Program-made: the position numbers and the translations under genes
Assembly (NCBI GenBank): GCA_964019335.1
Contig: OZ025655.1
Location: 496,001-560,000 of the forward strand
Reading direction: 5' to 3'
Source: Diplonema japonicum
Lineage: Eukaryota > Protista > Euglenozoa: Diplonemea
DNA length: 64,000 nt
The notes under the pieces: generated by a model
Seen by the model: the letters and a program-made list of their open reading frames with translations, nothing else
Told to the model about the DNA's origin: nothing
Databases searched by the model: none
In this document: positions 47,268-57,094 of the stretch, one piece after another
How the letters are laid out: each line of letters opens with the position of its first letter
Numbering within the stretch: position 1 is the first letter of the stretch

Positions 47268-48599
47268 TTAAAGCTCCTCATCGATCGGTGTAGTTACTGT
47301 ATTCTTCTTCCTCTTCACTCTGCGGAGCATGGCCTCCAGCTCGTTTATGATGGAGTGCAGGATTTCCTTTTGGGTGGATCGGTATTCTACCTGGTAACAT
47401 TTTTTCTTCTTTTGTCACTTTATTTTTAAACATACCGCAGCCAGTGCAGCGCCTGCCAGCCTATCCGAGGCGAGGAGCGCAAGGTCCTCCTCCAGGGATG
47501 TGGTATAAGTGGTCGAGAGGATACGGGTGAGGTGCTTTATGGCGGATTTCAAGGATTTGGATTTATGTTTTCCGCAGGACCACAGAGCAGATGCTTTTGA
47601 TGAAGGATTCACAGTGGAAAGGCACGCGAGGCGCTTTTCCGGAAGCGAGCGAACAGCGTGGTAGAGCAGAAAAGAAGGAGCTGCCTCACCATTGTGCAGG
47701 CAGACCTGATTGGGGGCGGAAACCGACCGTAAAAATGAAGTCTTCACAGAGGGAAGCGCATCAAAGGTGTACTGGTAGCACTCGTAAGGGTTCTGTTCGG
47801 GCACGAACCCATGGTAGGCTAGATATATGTAGTTTGTGTTGTCGCCGTACGACTCATGGAGCTCCACGTTCCCCACAGCCTCCCTGTCGCTGTACACGAG
47901 GGCCGACCCGTCGGGGGATATTTCATGGTATTTTAAGAATTTTTGCGATCGTTTTCCGGTTGCCGTTCTGAAGTTGTAGGCGCTGTCCTCGGAGTCAGGG
48001 CGATGATTGAACATTCCTGCAACAGGGACGAGGTACTCCTTGCCCCGCATGTGCCAAGCTCTTGTGGAGAGAACGGATTTCGCCCATTTGTACTCGGTAT
48101 CCGAAACAGGGAAGGTTTTTTTAAAGATTGCGTACTCGGTTGATGTTGTGCGCTGGAGTCTTAGGATATCGTGCCTCGTTGCAACGGGTTCCACCAGCTC
48201 GAGGTCACGGGGTGTGAAATGGATTCCGTTCTGAAATGTCTCAGGCAGCACTTCGAGCCATGCCGCCCATTCAGATTCAATACCCTTTTGCTTCTCTATG
48301 AGCAGCCATGCGATAAGCTTGTCCGAATCCGATAGTTTTCTGTACATTTCGATGTTTTCTCCTTTTTTCATGATACTGTCTGCAGATAGAACCCACCTTC
48401 CAGGGATCTTCATGACCTTTTCACGATCTCTCACGGCCGTGGTTGTGAACACGCCCCTTCCCCATGACTCGGTGTTCTTCACCTCTACCTTTCTGTTTGT
48501 AGGATCTAAGTTGTGAAACCAACGGTTGAAAGCGGCGCCTTGATCACTTCCGACCACCGTTCTTGCTAGTATTGAAAACAGGACAAACTGTGTATTCAT
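47268..48599 (-). CDS. SET-domain (Rubisco LSMT/SETD3 class) methyltransferase with a possible signal peptide and C-terminal DEEL
   Basis: GRGVFTT, SEWAAWLEVLP, WAKSVLSTRAW, LVPVAGMFNH, ESYGD..YHGFV. Intron 47391-47435 gives AA|VEYRSTQKEIL...PIDEEL*. Confidence 0.85.
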
Positions 48600-49851
48600 T
48601 TTTTTCTTTTTTTTTTTTTTCTTATTGTGTTTTCCTTTTCCTGCTGAGCTGTGGCAACGACGAAAAAAAAGGGAAAAGAAAAAGAAAGAAGACGCATTGC
48701 CATGGTCAGCATTTTGTAGAATAATAATAGAAGTTGTAATAAAGAGAAGTTTTTTTTTTTGAAAAGTACCAGAAAGGAGAAGAAATAAACAGGGGGAGGG
48801 GGGGGTAATTCGTTCTTTTTTAGAAAAATAAAAAACTGTCACATAGCCCTAAAAAAAAAGGAGGTTAAACCAACTATTCACTATGGTGGGGACAGAACAG
48901 CCCACCAATATAGGGGGGGGGGGGGGGGGGGGGGGGCAGAACACGTACACCGTGGAGGAAAAGGATGCTTTCACGAAGCTAATGATTCTGTCAACATCTA
49001 CGCACGAAAAAAAAACCGCAAAAGGTAGTTTGACTTTCCCAACACCTAAGGGGTCCAAGGTTGCGGTTCGCTTCACTGTTCAATAAGCGAAGACAGGATC
49101 AGATTCTACCCGAGATTTTTTTTTTTTTTTTTTTTGAAACCCACCCCTTTGCCTTGTTCTCGTTGTGCTGAATGACATCCCTAACAGGGCAACACGCACG
49201 GTTCCTTCTCACTTTGACTCGCGCAAGGGAAGGGATCGTCACACCTGGGTCATAGGTTTCAAGACCTTGGTCCTGCTGTCCAGGGGGGACAAAAAAAAGA
49301 AGGGGGAAGAAGGGGGGGGGGGGGGGGAAACCGCAGGTAAGAGACAGCTTCATCTTTTCATTTCTTCATTTTTTTTCTCAAGAGCAGCCGGGGAAGAGAG
49401 CAGGGCAGAGTTGTACATCATCGCGATTAGGGGAGTCGCCTCTGGGCGGGAGGGGGGCAACATTAACCTATCGCTCCACTCTTTTGCTTTCTCTTCTTTT
49501 TTTTTCCCCCCCTTTTCTTGTCGCCCACCCCCAGCACCCCATTTTTTTTTACAGACAACTAAAAAAACTGAAAATAAAAAAAATACAAATAAAAAAAACA
49601 AAAAAAAACACGAAGAAACCCCCAACAAGGAGGAAAGGAGGAAGTGCATCATAATAATAAAAAAAAGAATATATAATCTCGCTTCCTCCACCCACCCTCC
49701 CTCCTTCAGTCCACAAAAGTGTATCTATAAAAGAAAACGGGGAATTATGGGGGAAGGAAATTTGGTCGATAAAAAAAAGGGGGAGGGGGGAGGTAGATTC
49801 GCATTTGTTTTCCTCCCTTTCTTTTTTTTTTTTTTTCTTTTTTTTTTTTTT

Positions 49852-52800
49852 TTATTCCTCGCAATCCAAGCCTGTTTCGTGCATGTCGCTTACCCGGATT
49901 CCGGACACTGTGGCCTCTTCTTGGAAGTAGTCCTCAGACCGAGCAGACATCGGGGATCGTGTATCGGGGGGAGGGGACGGCAGTGTGGACAATGTCGAGG
50001 AGTTGGGAGGTGACGGAAGACTGGACGGCGGGGAAGGCACACCATCGACCGGTTTGCTTAGGTCTCTTGCGGACTTTCCTCGCCAAATTGACTGAATCTT
50101 CTGAGCCGCGAGTGCCAAATGAACCGAGGTCGGTGTCCCATGTCCTATTGTTGTAACCTTCAAGGAATCTTTGAAGAGCTCCCTCCAGCGACGGTCGTAC
50201 ACCTCGTCGAGTTCCTTAGGTAGGTACACATTCCCATCGACAAGAACCTTCCCACAGCACACCATGACGTCCTTGATGTGGACTTTGCCTCTTGTTTCGG
50301 TCATGTCTCCTGCAATTCTCGTCATTTTCTCGTTTTTCTGTTCTTTGCTCCACTCTGGTTTGAATCCAAGCGGCAGCCCGACTGTCGTGAGGAAGCCTAG
50401 TAGCCGGGTTGTTTCCAGCTCGCCGCTCCCCGTGGGGTCGTACCTCTTCCAACATGCGATGAAGTGATTCACTTCCGGAACCGTTAGTAGCAACGCCTCC
50501 TCTTCTTGCGCTGTGAGGAAATCCTCCAGAATTACAGCAATGATCAGGTTCAGGATCACAAACGCGCCACCGAGGATGAACGATATGAAATACACGCGTG
50601 CCCAGTTTGGGTAGCCGCACGTGTCGAGGTGTTTGTCGCAGGCAGGGGGCTCCACCTGGCAGTCGTGCATGATGCCCTGCCACCCTTCGCCCGTCGTCAT
50701 CCTGAATAGTAGCAACACCGCATCTTCAAAATGGTCGAAGTTCGCTTGTTCTGTAAGATATTGGCCTCGCTCTACCTTCGCGAACATCTTGACCCCGACA
50801 ACTGCGTACAGAAAGAAGAAGATGGCCAGCAGCCCCGCCACATTCAGTAAACCACGCAGCGACAGGATCAACGTTCTGATGAGCGTCCTCAACCCGCCCG
50901 CTACCCGCACCGCCCGCAGCAACCTCGCTAACCTCAGGATTCTAAACACAGACAACGCAGGTCCGTCGGTATAAGTTATATTCATCACAATACCCAACAC
51001 GGAGATAATCAGCACCGAAAAGTCGAACTTGTTCCAGTGGTCTGACATGTAACCTGTAGGGGACAGGGCGATGAGCTTCATCACCGCCTCAACGAAGAAG
51101 ATGATGACAAACATAATGTTTGCGATGAGGAGGCCCATGTCCCATGCGCTGCCCTGCCCGCTGTGCTCCATGGCCATCACGATAGTGTTCAGCGCAATGC
51201 ACAGCATGATGCCCTGGTCGAACCTGTCGTCGAGCACGAGGTTCGTCACGTACAGCGTAGCTCTCCCAGCATTGATGTGCCTGTTGAGTGGCTTCATCGT
51301 CGTCGTCATGATCTCCAAGATTTGCTTCCATTCAATCTGGTTGGGCGACAGCGTCTGGGTCAGGCCGTGGGCACTCGTTGTTCTGTGCTGCCGCTCGTAC
51401 TTGTCAACAAGGACACCTGTGAACAAGTTCACAAGGAAGAAGGCACCCACCACAACGAACACGATGAAGTAAACAGCCATCCAAGGTCGGTTATTCTGTA
51501 CCAGAGCGTGTTCCTGCTCACCACTGTCCATCCCCAGGTACATAACCTCGATCCAGCCCTCCAGTGTAGCTATTTCAAACAGCGTAACCAACGCAGTGCC
51601 AAGGTTGTCGAAGTTCGACTTGTGCGACACCCACCGCAGGTTTCTGCTTGGTACAACAGGCGAGGCTGTCATTTCACACTCGCGCTTCGTTTTGATAAAC
51701 GAGTGGTCACTCCACACTACGTCCGTACAAGCATAGAATCTTCCCGCAAAGAACTGAACGCCCATGATCCCAAAGATGGTGAGGATCAACGTCGAGATCA
51801 CGATGACATGGGAAAGGGACGGCAGCGACGCCAGAAGGGACTGCAGCACAAGACGCATGCCGTGGGACTTGGCAACGGCGCGAAGGGGCCGTAAGGTGCG
51901 CATCATGCGGACAACTTCAATGGCACCGACGGCACCGCCTGAGAGGTCCGCCTCGCGGAAGACGATCGACAGCAACGCACAGCAGACGATGAAGAAGTCC
52001 AAACGGTTCCACGCGTCACGCCGCAGGTAGCAGCACTTGTTGGAAACAAACCCATACGCCACAATTTTGAGGAGGGCCTCTGAGGTGAAGAGCATGGCCA
52101 CCACGAAGTCGATGGTCTCAAGTGCCCTGGGGAGAGGAGTGTCAGGGGCGGCAAGGGGGTCTTCTAATGTCAGGGCCACAGACGACAGCAGCACAACGAA
52201 GAGCACAATGCCTTCAAAGAGCACAGTCTCGACCAACCAGCGGAGTTTCACCCGAACCCAGTGGTCGCCTGCTAGGAACACTATAGGCGCGTACTCCGTC
52301 ACGAACGACTCAATGGTGCAAAGGTCGTCGTTAGAAGTGAAAGCCATTCGCATGGGAGGCATCAATATGTTCACGTCATGGTCGTTCTTGGTGTCAGGCC
52401 CGTCGGGGTGGTCTGCGTCAAAGTTTATTACTGGCAAGTCATGCAGACACCTTGATGCTTTTATAAGCGACTCCCACATGGCCACGCCCTCACTCTCCTC
52501 CTTCAGCACGCCCTCGGCGAGCATCAGCTCGATGTCTTGCTTGATCGAGCTCCTGTTCCTTGCGATTGCATTCGACCTGTTCACACCGCAATACTTAAAC
52601 GCCTCCTCCGCCTCTTTTATTTCTGCTTCTGGCGGCATCATGCTTTCAGCCGGTTGCTTATTTCCCCAACAGCAGCACAGAACACGGAGCTTCTCTACAA
52701 GCTTCTTGTCCTTCGCAACATGGTTCTCTTGTTCAGAAAGGTCCATGGCGTCCTCTGCCGCAGCCAACCCGGAGAACAACACGGCAACGAAAAGGTTCAA

Positions 52801-55059
52801 TACAAGGTAGTTCCCCACTACTACTAAGGACACAAAGTACAGCGCGGCTAAGTCGCTTTTCGATCGCATTCCGTTGTACATCACTTTGTTCCAGTCTTCC
52901 CCTGTCACCACCGTGAAGACAGTCAGGAGAGACCATCCAAGAGAGTCGAAGTTCTCCCTTGGCCTTCCTGGGCACGTCATGTTCGTGTCGTCGTCACTGG
53001 CTTCCAGTCCACAGAAGCTTCCACCAAAGAACTGCATGCCAAGCAATGCATAGATGAAAAGCACCAAGACCAACAGTGCAGTCAACACAGAGGCACCTAC
53101 GACAGAGTTTTCAAGCGTCTGCACAAAAAGCCAAAGGTCGGGGAACTGCTTCAAGAACTTGAAGGCACGCATGAGCCTGAAAGACCTGAGTACCATGAGG
53201 ACCCTGATGTCCTCATTGATGACAGGGTTGAAGAGTGACACCACAACTATGACGGCATCGAACACGTTGATCTTGTCACTCACGAACTCCTTCACGGATA
53301 GTGCATAGAGCTTGAGAAGAGTCTCCGTCAGGAAGACTGCAGTGAAAACCCAGAAGGAGTACTCCTGAAGGTCAGCAAGCTCCGAAGGCTGCCCATAGTA
53401 CTCCGTTGCCATGACAAGCGTGTTGATGAAAATAAGGATCATAATGCAGCTGTTGAAACGGTCTGTTTGAATAATTTCTTTGATCCTCATTCTCAACCGC
53501 CATTCAGTGATGTGGGCGTCTGTGGGGTCTGTTAAGGCACCGCGGGCACCACACGAAGTAATGTGTCTCATGATAGTGCTGTCGCCCTTCTGGAGATGAG
53601 TCTCCTTCAGGACTTTAACGTTGCCTTCGAAGGACGTGTTGATAATAGCAAGCGTGAGGTTGACGATGAAGAAGGTCCCCACCAGCACCACGAAAATGAA
53701 GTACACAGATGCGAAGGGTGTTGTTGCGTCGATCACATCGTACATGAGGTCCGTCCACCCCTCCAGCGTGAGGGCCGTGAAGAGCGACAAGATGGCAACC
53801 CCTATGTGGTCGAAAGACGTTTTCCCATGATTGGGGTTCTGGTGGTCTCTACATGTGTACCCCCAGTGACACTTGTAGCTGTACAACCTCGAGGTGTCAG
53901 ATGTGCAAATCCTGTCCTGAGGTTCAAGGGTTCCATCAAGATCGCTGAAGCAGCGGGTGGTGAGCTGGCCTTTCCAGAGCTGTATCGCCATGATACCAAA
54001 AATGAGCAAAAAGAGAGAGTACAGAAGCATGACGTCCGCCAGCTGTGGCAGAGATTGGAACAGAGAACTGATGATGATATGCACTTGTTCGACCTTCGAG
54101 GCGGCACGCAACGGCCTCAACAACCGCAAAGCACGCAATCCGGATATTGCCACACCTGCCCCAGCACCGCCCGAAGCAAGATCTACGATGATCGTCGTGA
54201 CAGCAGACACGACAATGACACCATCGACCACGTTCCAAGGGTCCCGCAGGTATGAGAAGCTGTTCTCATATAGTCCAAGAGCAGCGATACGCACACCCAT
54301 CTCTGCACTGAACGCTGCTGCAAACACGTACTCCGAATAGACAACCACCTTGTTCACGGTGGACATATTGTCCTTGTCAGTCGGGTCCTCCATTGCAAGG
54401 AAAACGCAGTTTAGAAAGATCAACGCCAACACGATCCTATTGAAGTGCTTGGTCTCGATGAATTGCGCCATGCGCTGCCGCCAAAGCGGCATGTCCCGCT
54501 TTTCATTTGAGATGTTTAGTAGGTATTGAATGGCCTCTGCCCGCACGGAAGCGTCTTCTACGAGTTTCAGAACTTCGACAGGAACGCTTGCAAGGCGGTC
54601 GAACTCCGGGTTGCTGACGTCATGCGAGAGGCCTGCCGACCGTCTGACCATAAAGGAGCTGCTTCTTCGCTGCCAGGGCTTTTCTGCCGCAATGCTATGA
54701 ACCTCAGACCTGGCGTCTGTGGGAACAGAGGTGGGTGCAATGGACATCCTGATGGAGGAGGACCGTACCCACCGACCCCTTTGCTTCTTTCTTCCCGACA
54801 TTGTTGTGCTGTCGCTTGCCTGCGTTGCAGTTCCCGATGACGGTGAACTTATGTGGTCCCCGCTACTCGTGTTCTGCATGCTTCCCCGCCGCCATTCCGT
54901 CGACCCTTGTCGCCATCTTTCAAACACTGAGTGATACGACGAGGGGCTAAGCAACTCACCGGAAGCTCGAGGTGGAAGCGACAATGAATCAGACGTCCTT
55001 TGCCCCGCCCCTTCCCCGGACACCCTCTCCGGCGGTGAGACTGGGGACTCCGCTTCCAT
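49852..55059 (-). CDS. Four-domain voltage-gated calcium channel alpha subunit (EEEE filter)
   Basis: Intronless 1735 aa ORF; four S4 Arg repeats; pore loops TLEGW, TGEDW, TLEGW, TGEGW; EF-hand-like segment and IQ motif IQSIWRG. Confidence 0.97.
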   Translation of the reverse strand: MEAESPVSPPERVSGEGAGQRTSDSLSLPPRASGELLSPSSYHSVFERWRQGSTEWRRGSMQNTSSGDHISSPSSGTATQASDSTTMSGRKKQRGRWVRSSSIRMSIAPTSVPTDARSEVHSIAAEKPWQRRSSSFMVRRSAGLSHDVSNPEFDRLASVPVEVLKLVEDASVRAEAIQYLLNISNEKRDMPLWRQRMAQFIETKHFNRIVLALIFLNCVFLAMEDPTDKDNMSTVNKVVVYSEYVFAAAFSAEMGVRIAALGLYENSFSYLRDPWNVVDGVIVVSAVTTIIVDLASGGAGAGVAISGLRALRLLRPLRAASKVEQVHIIISSLFQSLPQLADVMLLYSLFLLIFGIMAIQLWKGQLTTRCFSDLDGTLEPQDRICTSDTSRLYSYKCHWGYTCRDHQNPNHGKTSFDHIGVAILSLFTALTLEGWTDLMYDVIDATTPFASVYFIFVVLVGTFFIVNLTLAIINTSFEGNVKVLKETHLQKGDSTIMRHITSCGARGALTDPTDAHITEWRLRMRIKEIIQTDRFNSCIMILIFINTLVMATEYYGQPSELADLQEYSFWVFTAVFLTETLLKLYALSVKEFVSDKINVFDAVIVVVSLFNPVINEDIRVLMVLRSFRLMRAFKFLKQFPDLWLFVQTLENSVVGASVLTALLVLVLFIYALLGMQFFGGSFCGLEASDDDTNMTCPGRPRENFDSLGWSLLTVFTVVTGEDWNKVMYNGMRSKSDLAALYFVSLVVVGNYLVLNLFVAVLFSGLAAAEDAMDLSEQENHVAKDKKLVEKLRVLCCCWGNKQPAESMMPPEAEIKEAEEAFKYCGVNRSNAIARNRSSIKQDIELMLAEGVLKEESEGVAMWESLIKASRCLHDLPVINFDADHPDGPDTKNDHDVNILMPPMRMAFTSNDDLCTIESFVTEYAPIVFLAGDHWVRVKLRWLVETVLFEGIVLFVVLLSSVALTLEDPLAAPDTPLPRALETIDFVVAMLFTSEALLKIVAYGFVSNKCCYLRRDAWNRLDFFIVCCALLSIVFREADLSGGAVGAIEVVRMMRTLRPLRAVAKSHGMRLVLQSLLASLPSLSHVIVISTLILTIFGIMGVQFFAGRFYACTDVVWSDHSFIKTKRECEMTASPVVPSRNLRWVSHKSNFDNLGTALVTLFEIATLEGWIEVMYLGMDSGEQEHALVQNNRPWMAVYFIVFVVVGAFFLVNLFTGVLVDKYERQHRTTSAHGLTQTLSPNQIEWKQILEIMTTTMKPLNRHINAGRATLYVTNLVLDDRFDQGIMLCIALNTIVMAMEHSGQGSAWDMGLLIANIMFVIIFFVEAVMKLIALSPTGYMSDHWNKFDFSVLIISVLGIVMNITYTDGPALSVFRILRLARLLRAVRVAGGLRTLIRTLILSLRGLLNVAGLLAIFFFLYAVVGVKMFAKVERGQYLTEQANFDHFEDAVLLLFRMTTGEGWQGIMHDCQVEPPACDKHLDTCGYPNWARVYFISFILGGAFVILNLIIAVILEDFLTAQEEEALLLTVPEVNHFIACWKRYDPTGSGELETTRLLGFLTTVGLPLGFKPEWSKEQKNEKMTRIAGDMTETRGKVHIKDVMVCCGKVLVDGNVYLPKELDEVYDRRWRELFKDSLKVTTIGHGTPTSVHLALAAQKIQSIWRGKSARDLSKPVDGVPSPPSSLPSPPNSSTLSTLPSPPPDTRSPMSARSEDYFQEEATVSGIRVSDMHETGLDCEE

Positions 55060-55305
55060 AGACCACTGAGAGATGCATGTAAATACCCAAAAAGGCTCTT
55101 ATCCTATTATTCCTTTCTTTTTTTTTCGCGGGAGGGTATCGTATCCTTTCCTGTGGTGGTGCTTTCTCGAACCAATGCGGTACCTTTTGTAATAAAAAAA
55201 AGGAGGGGTGAAGGGGGGGGGGGGGGGGGGGAGAGAAAAGAAGAAGAAAAAGAGATTGGGGAGGTTCTTACATTTGAAACGTCCCCTCCCCTTCTCTACT
55301 TATCT

Positions 55306-55340
<35 letters not shown>

Positions 55341-55390
55341 ACACTTCCGTTGTCTTCCCTTTTTTTTTTTTTTTTTCTTCTTTTTTATCG

Positions 55391-56014
55391 TCATCGGTGC
55401 AAGTCTTTTCTGGGTCTAGTAGGGATGAGGTCAAGCAGGGTCTGCTCTTCAGGGATAATGATGAGAACCTCTTCGTGGACGGGTGGTGGGGGTGGTGGGG
55501 AAGGAGGGGTGACAGGAAGTGCGAACGTGTTGTCAACAGGAGCATGATGATGTGCAGGAACCTTCTGCAGAGGGGCTTGAGCAGGTGGCTCGCTGACACG
55601 GGACAACATGGGGTGGAAGGGTTGGGCGAAGGGGGACGGCTGGAAGGGCTGTCGGCCATAAGGAGCACTACCACTTTGTTGGAACGGCCTGTTGTTCGCA
55701 GGCAACGCACATTTAAGATTATGCTGCACACCAAACATTTCAAACAGAATTCTCAAATTATCCAACACCCCCGTACCCAAGGGTATCATCAACTCCTTGC
55801 CCAACTCAGGCATCCCTAGAATTGACTCACCAGGTGAATATTTCGCAATACTAAATGCCTGCCTCGGTTCCCCATTACACGTGTAACTACAAGACCCTCG
55901 TGCCATCATTCTTGGATCTCCCCGTACCACACCAAACATCTTAATATGACAGCCATTCATGCCCGGCTCTTTAAACACAACCGAGGGCTCATGTGAAGGA
56001 ACCCTCCCGAACAT
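55391..56014 (-). CDS. Hypothetical protein, Pro-rich C-terminal half
   Basis: 207 aa ATG-initiated ORF in non-homopolymeric sequence, on the same strand as its neighbours. Confidence 0.6.
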   Translation of the reverse strand: MFGRVPSHEPSVVFKEPGMNGCHIKMFGVVRGDPRMMARGSCSYTCNGEPRQAFSIAKYSPGESILGMPELGKELMIPLGTGVLDNLRILFEMFGVQHNLKCALPANNRPFQQSGSAPYGRQPFQPSPFAQPFHPMLSRVSEPPAQAPLQKVPAHHHAPVDNTFALPVTPPSPPPPPPVHEEVLIIIPEEQTLLDLIPTRPRKDLHR

Positions 56015-56664
56015 CCTTACCCTTTTCTAGAAACACCCCTTCTGTGATAAAATGCAACACAAAAACAACTAAAAGAAAGAAGAAACAAAAGAGCCAGATG
56101 TGTTTTCTTTTTGTTTGTTTCTTTTTTTTTTTTTTTTTTTTTTTAGTCGAAGACTAGCAGACTCACTGGTAGTGCATAAGCAAATAAAGGGGAGTGGTGT
56201 AGGAATGGAGAGATTGAATAGAAACGTGGGGAGGAGGCAGCCGAGGAAAGGGGCATCAGCAAAAGATTCTCGGCCGAAGGATATATCCGGTCAAATATCA
56301 GCATATCGGACCCCTCAGGGGGCTATAAACGGGAATAAAGATGCGGATTCGTTTTTTTTTTTTTTTTCTAGTTTATTTTACTTTTTGAAAAAATGGAGAA
56401 ACGCGTTTTGCAGCCCATCATAGCCTAGAGGGGAAACGGGCGGGCGAAGGGGGGGGGGGGGGGGGAGGGAAGCAACAATAAGGAAAAAATAACTGATAGA
56501 ATAGGGGGTCGTACACATGGCATCCAAGTACTAATGAAAGTAATTGTGCAGCGTGTCATTTTAATTTTTTAAATCTACTTTTCTCTATTCTGTTTTGATG
56601 AACAAAAATTGTTTTTCACGTGAGCCCTTCTATATATAAAAAAAAAAAAGAGGAAAAAAAAAAA

Positions 56665-56705
56665 GAGAGATTTTAAGGGTACCTGCGGTATGTGGCAGGA
56701 CGCCT
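56665..56705. repeat. 40-bp dispersed hairpin element, copy 3
   Basis: GAGAGATTTTAAGGGTACCTGCGGTATGTGGCAGGACGCCT between A-runs; 34-nt core identical to copy 2. Confidence 0.95.
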
Positions 56706-56790
56706 AAAAAAACGGAACAAAAAAAAAGAGGGGGCCGACCAACTAAATTGCTTCTTTTTTTTCTCTCTCTTTTATTTTGTTCCTGTTCTT

Positions 56791-56829
<39 letters not shown>

Positions 56830-57094
56830 CCTTTGCAAACTCCCCTTCTGTGGGATATTTTTGCGCACATAGCCGTTTTAGGGGGAGTTTCAGTGATTCC
56901 TCCCTAATGGCGGATGACGCGAGGCAGTGGTGCTCTGTAGGGGTATGTTGAGTTATGTTAAGAAAGCACCACACCAAAATAGGAAGCGACTGCCTCTTGC
57001 GTACAGTGGGTGAACCGATGATATCAAACTGTCCCCGTGAACCTCGCCGAAGGCTCTTCGAAGGGCTACCGCAGTCCTGTGTTTTGCGTGGGAA

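Noticed and set aside
48860-49470. Possible extra exons of the calcium channel or a small multi-exon gene
   Set aside because: The channel ORF already ends after its IQ motif, and I could not assemble a consistent spliced frame with consensus donors.
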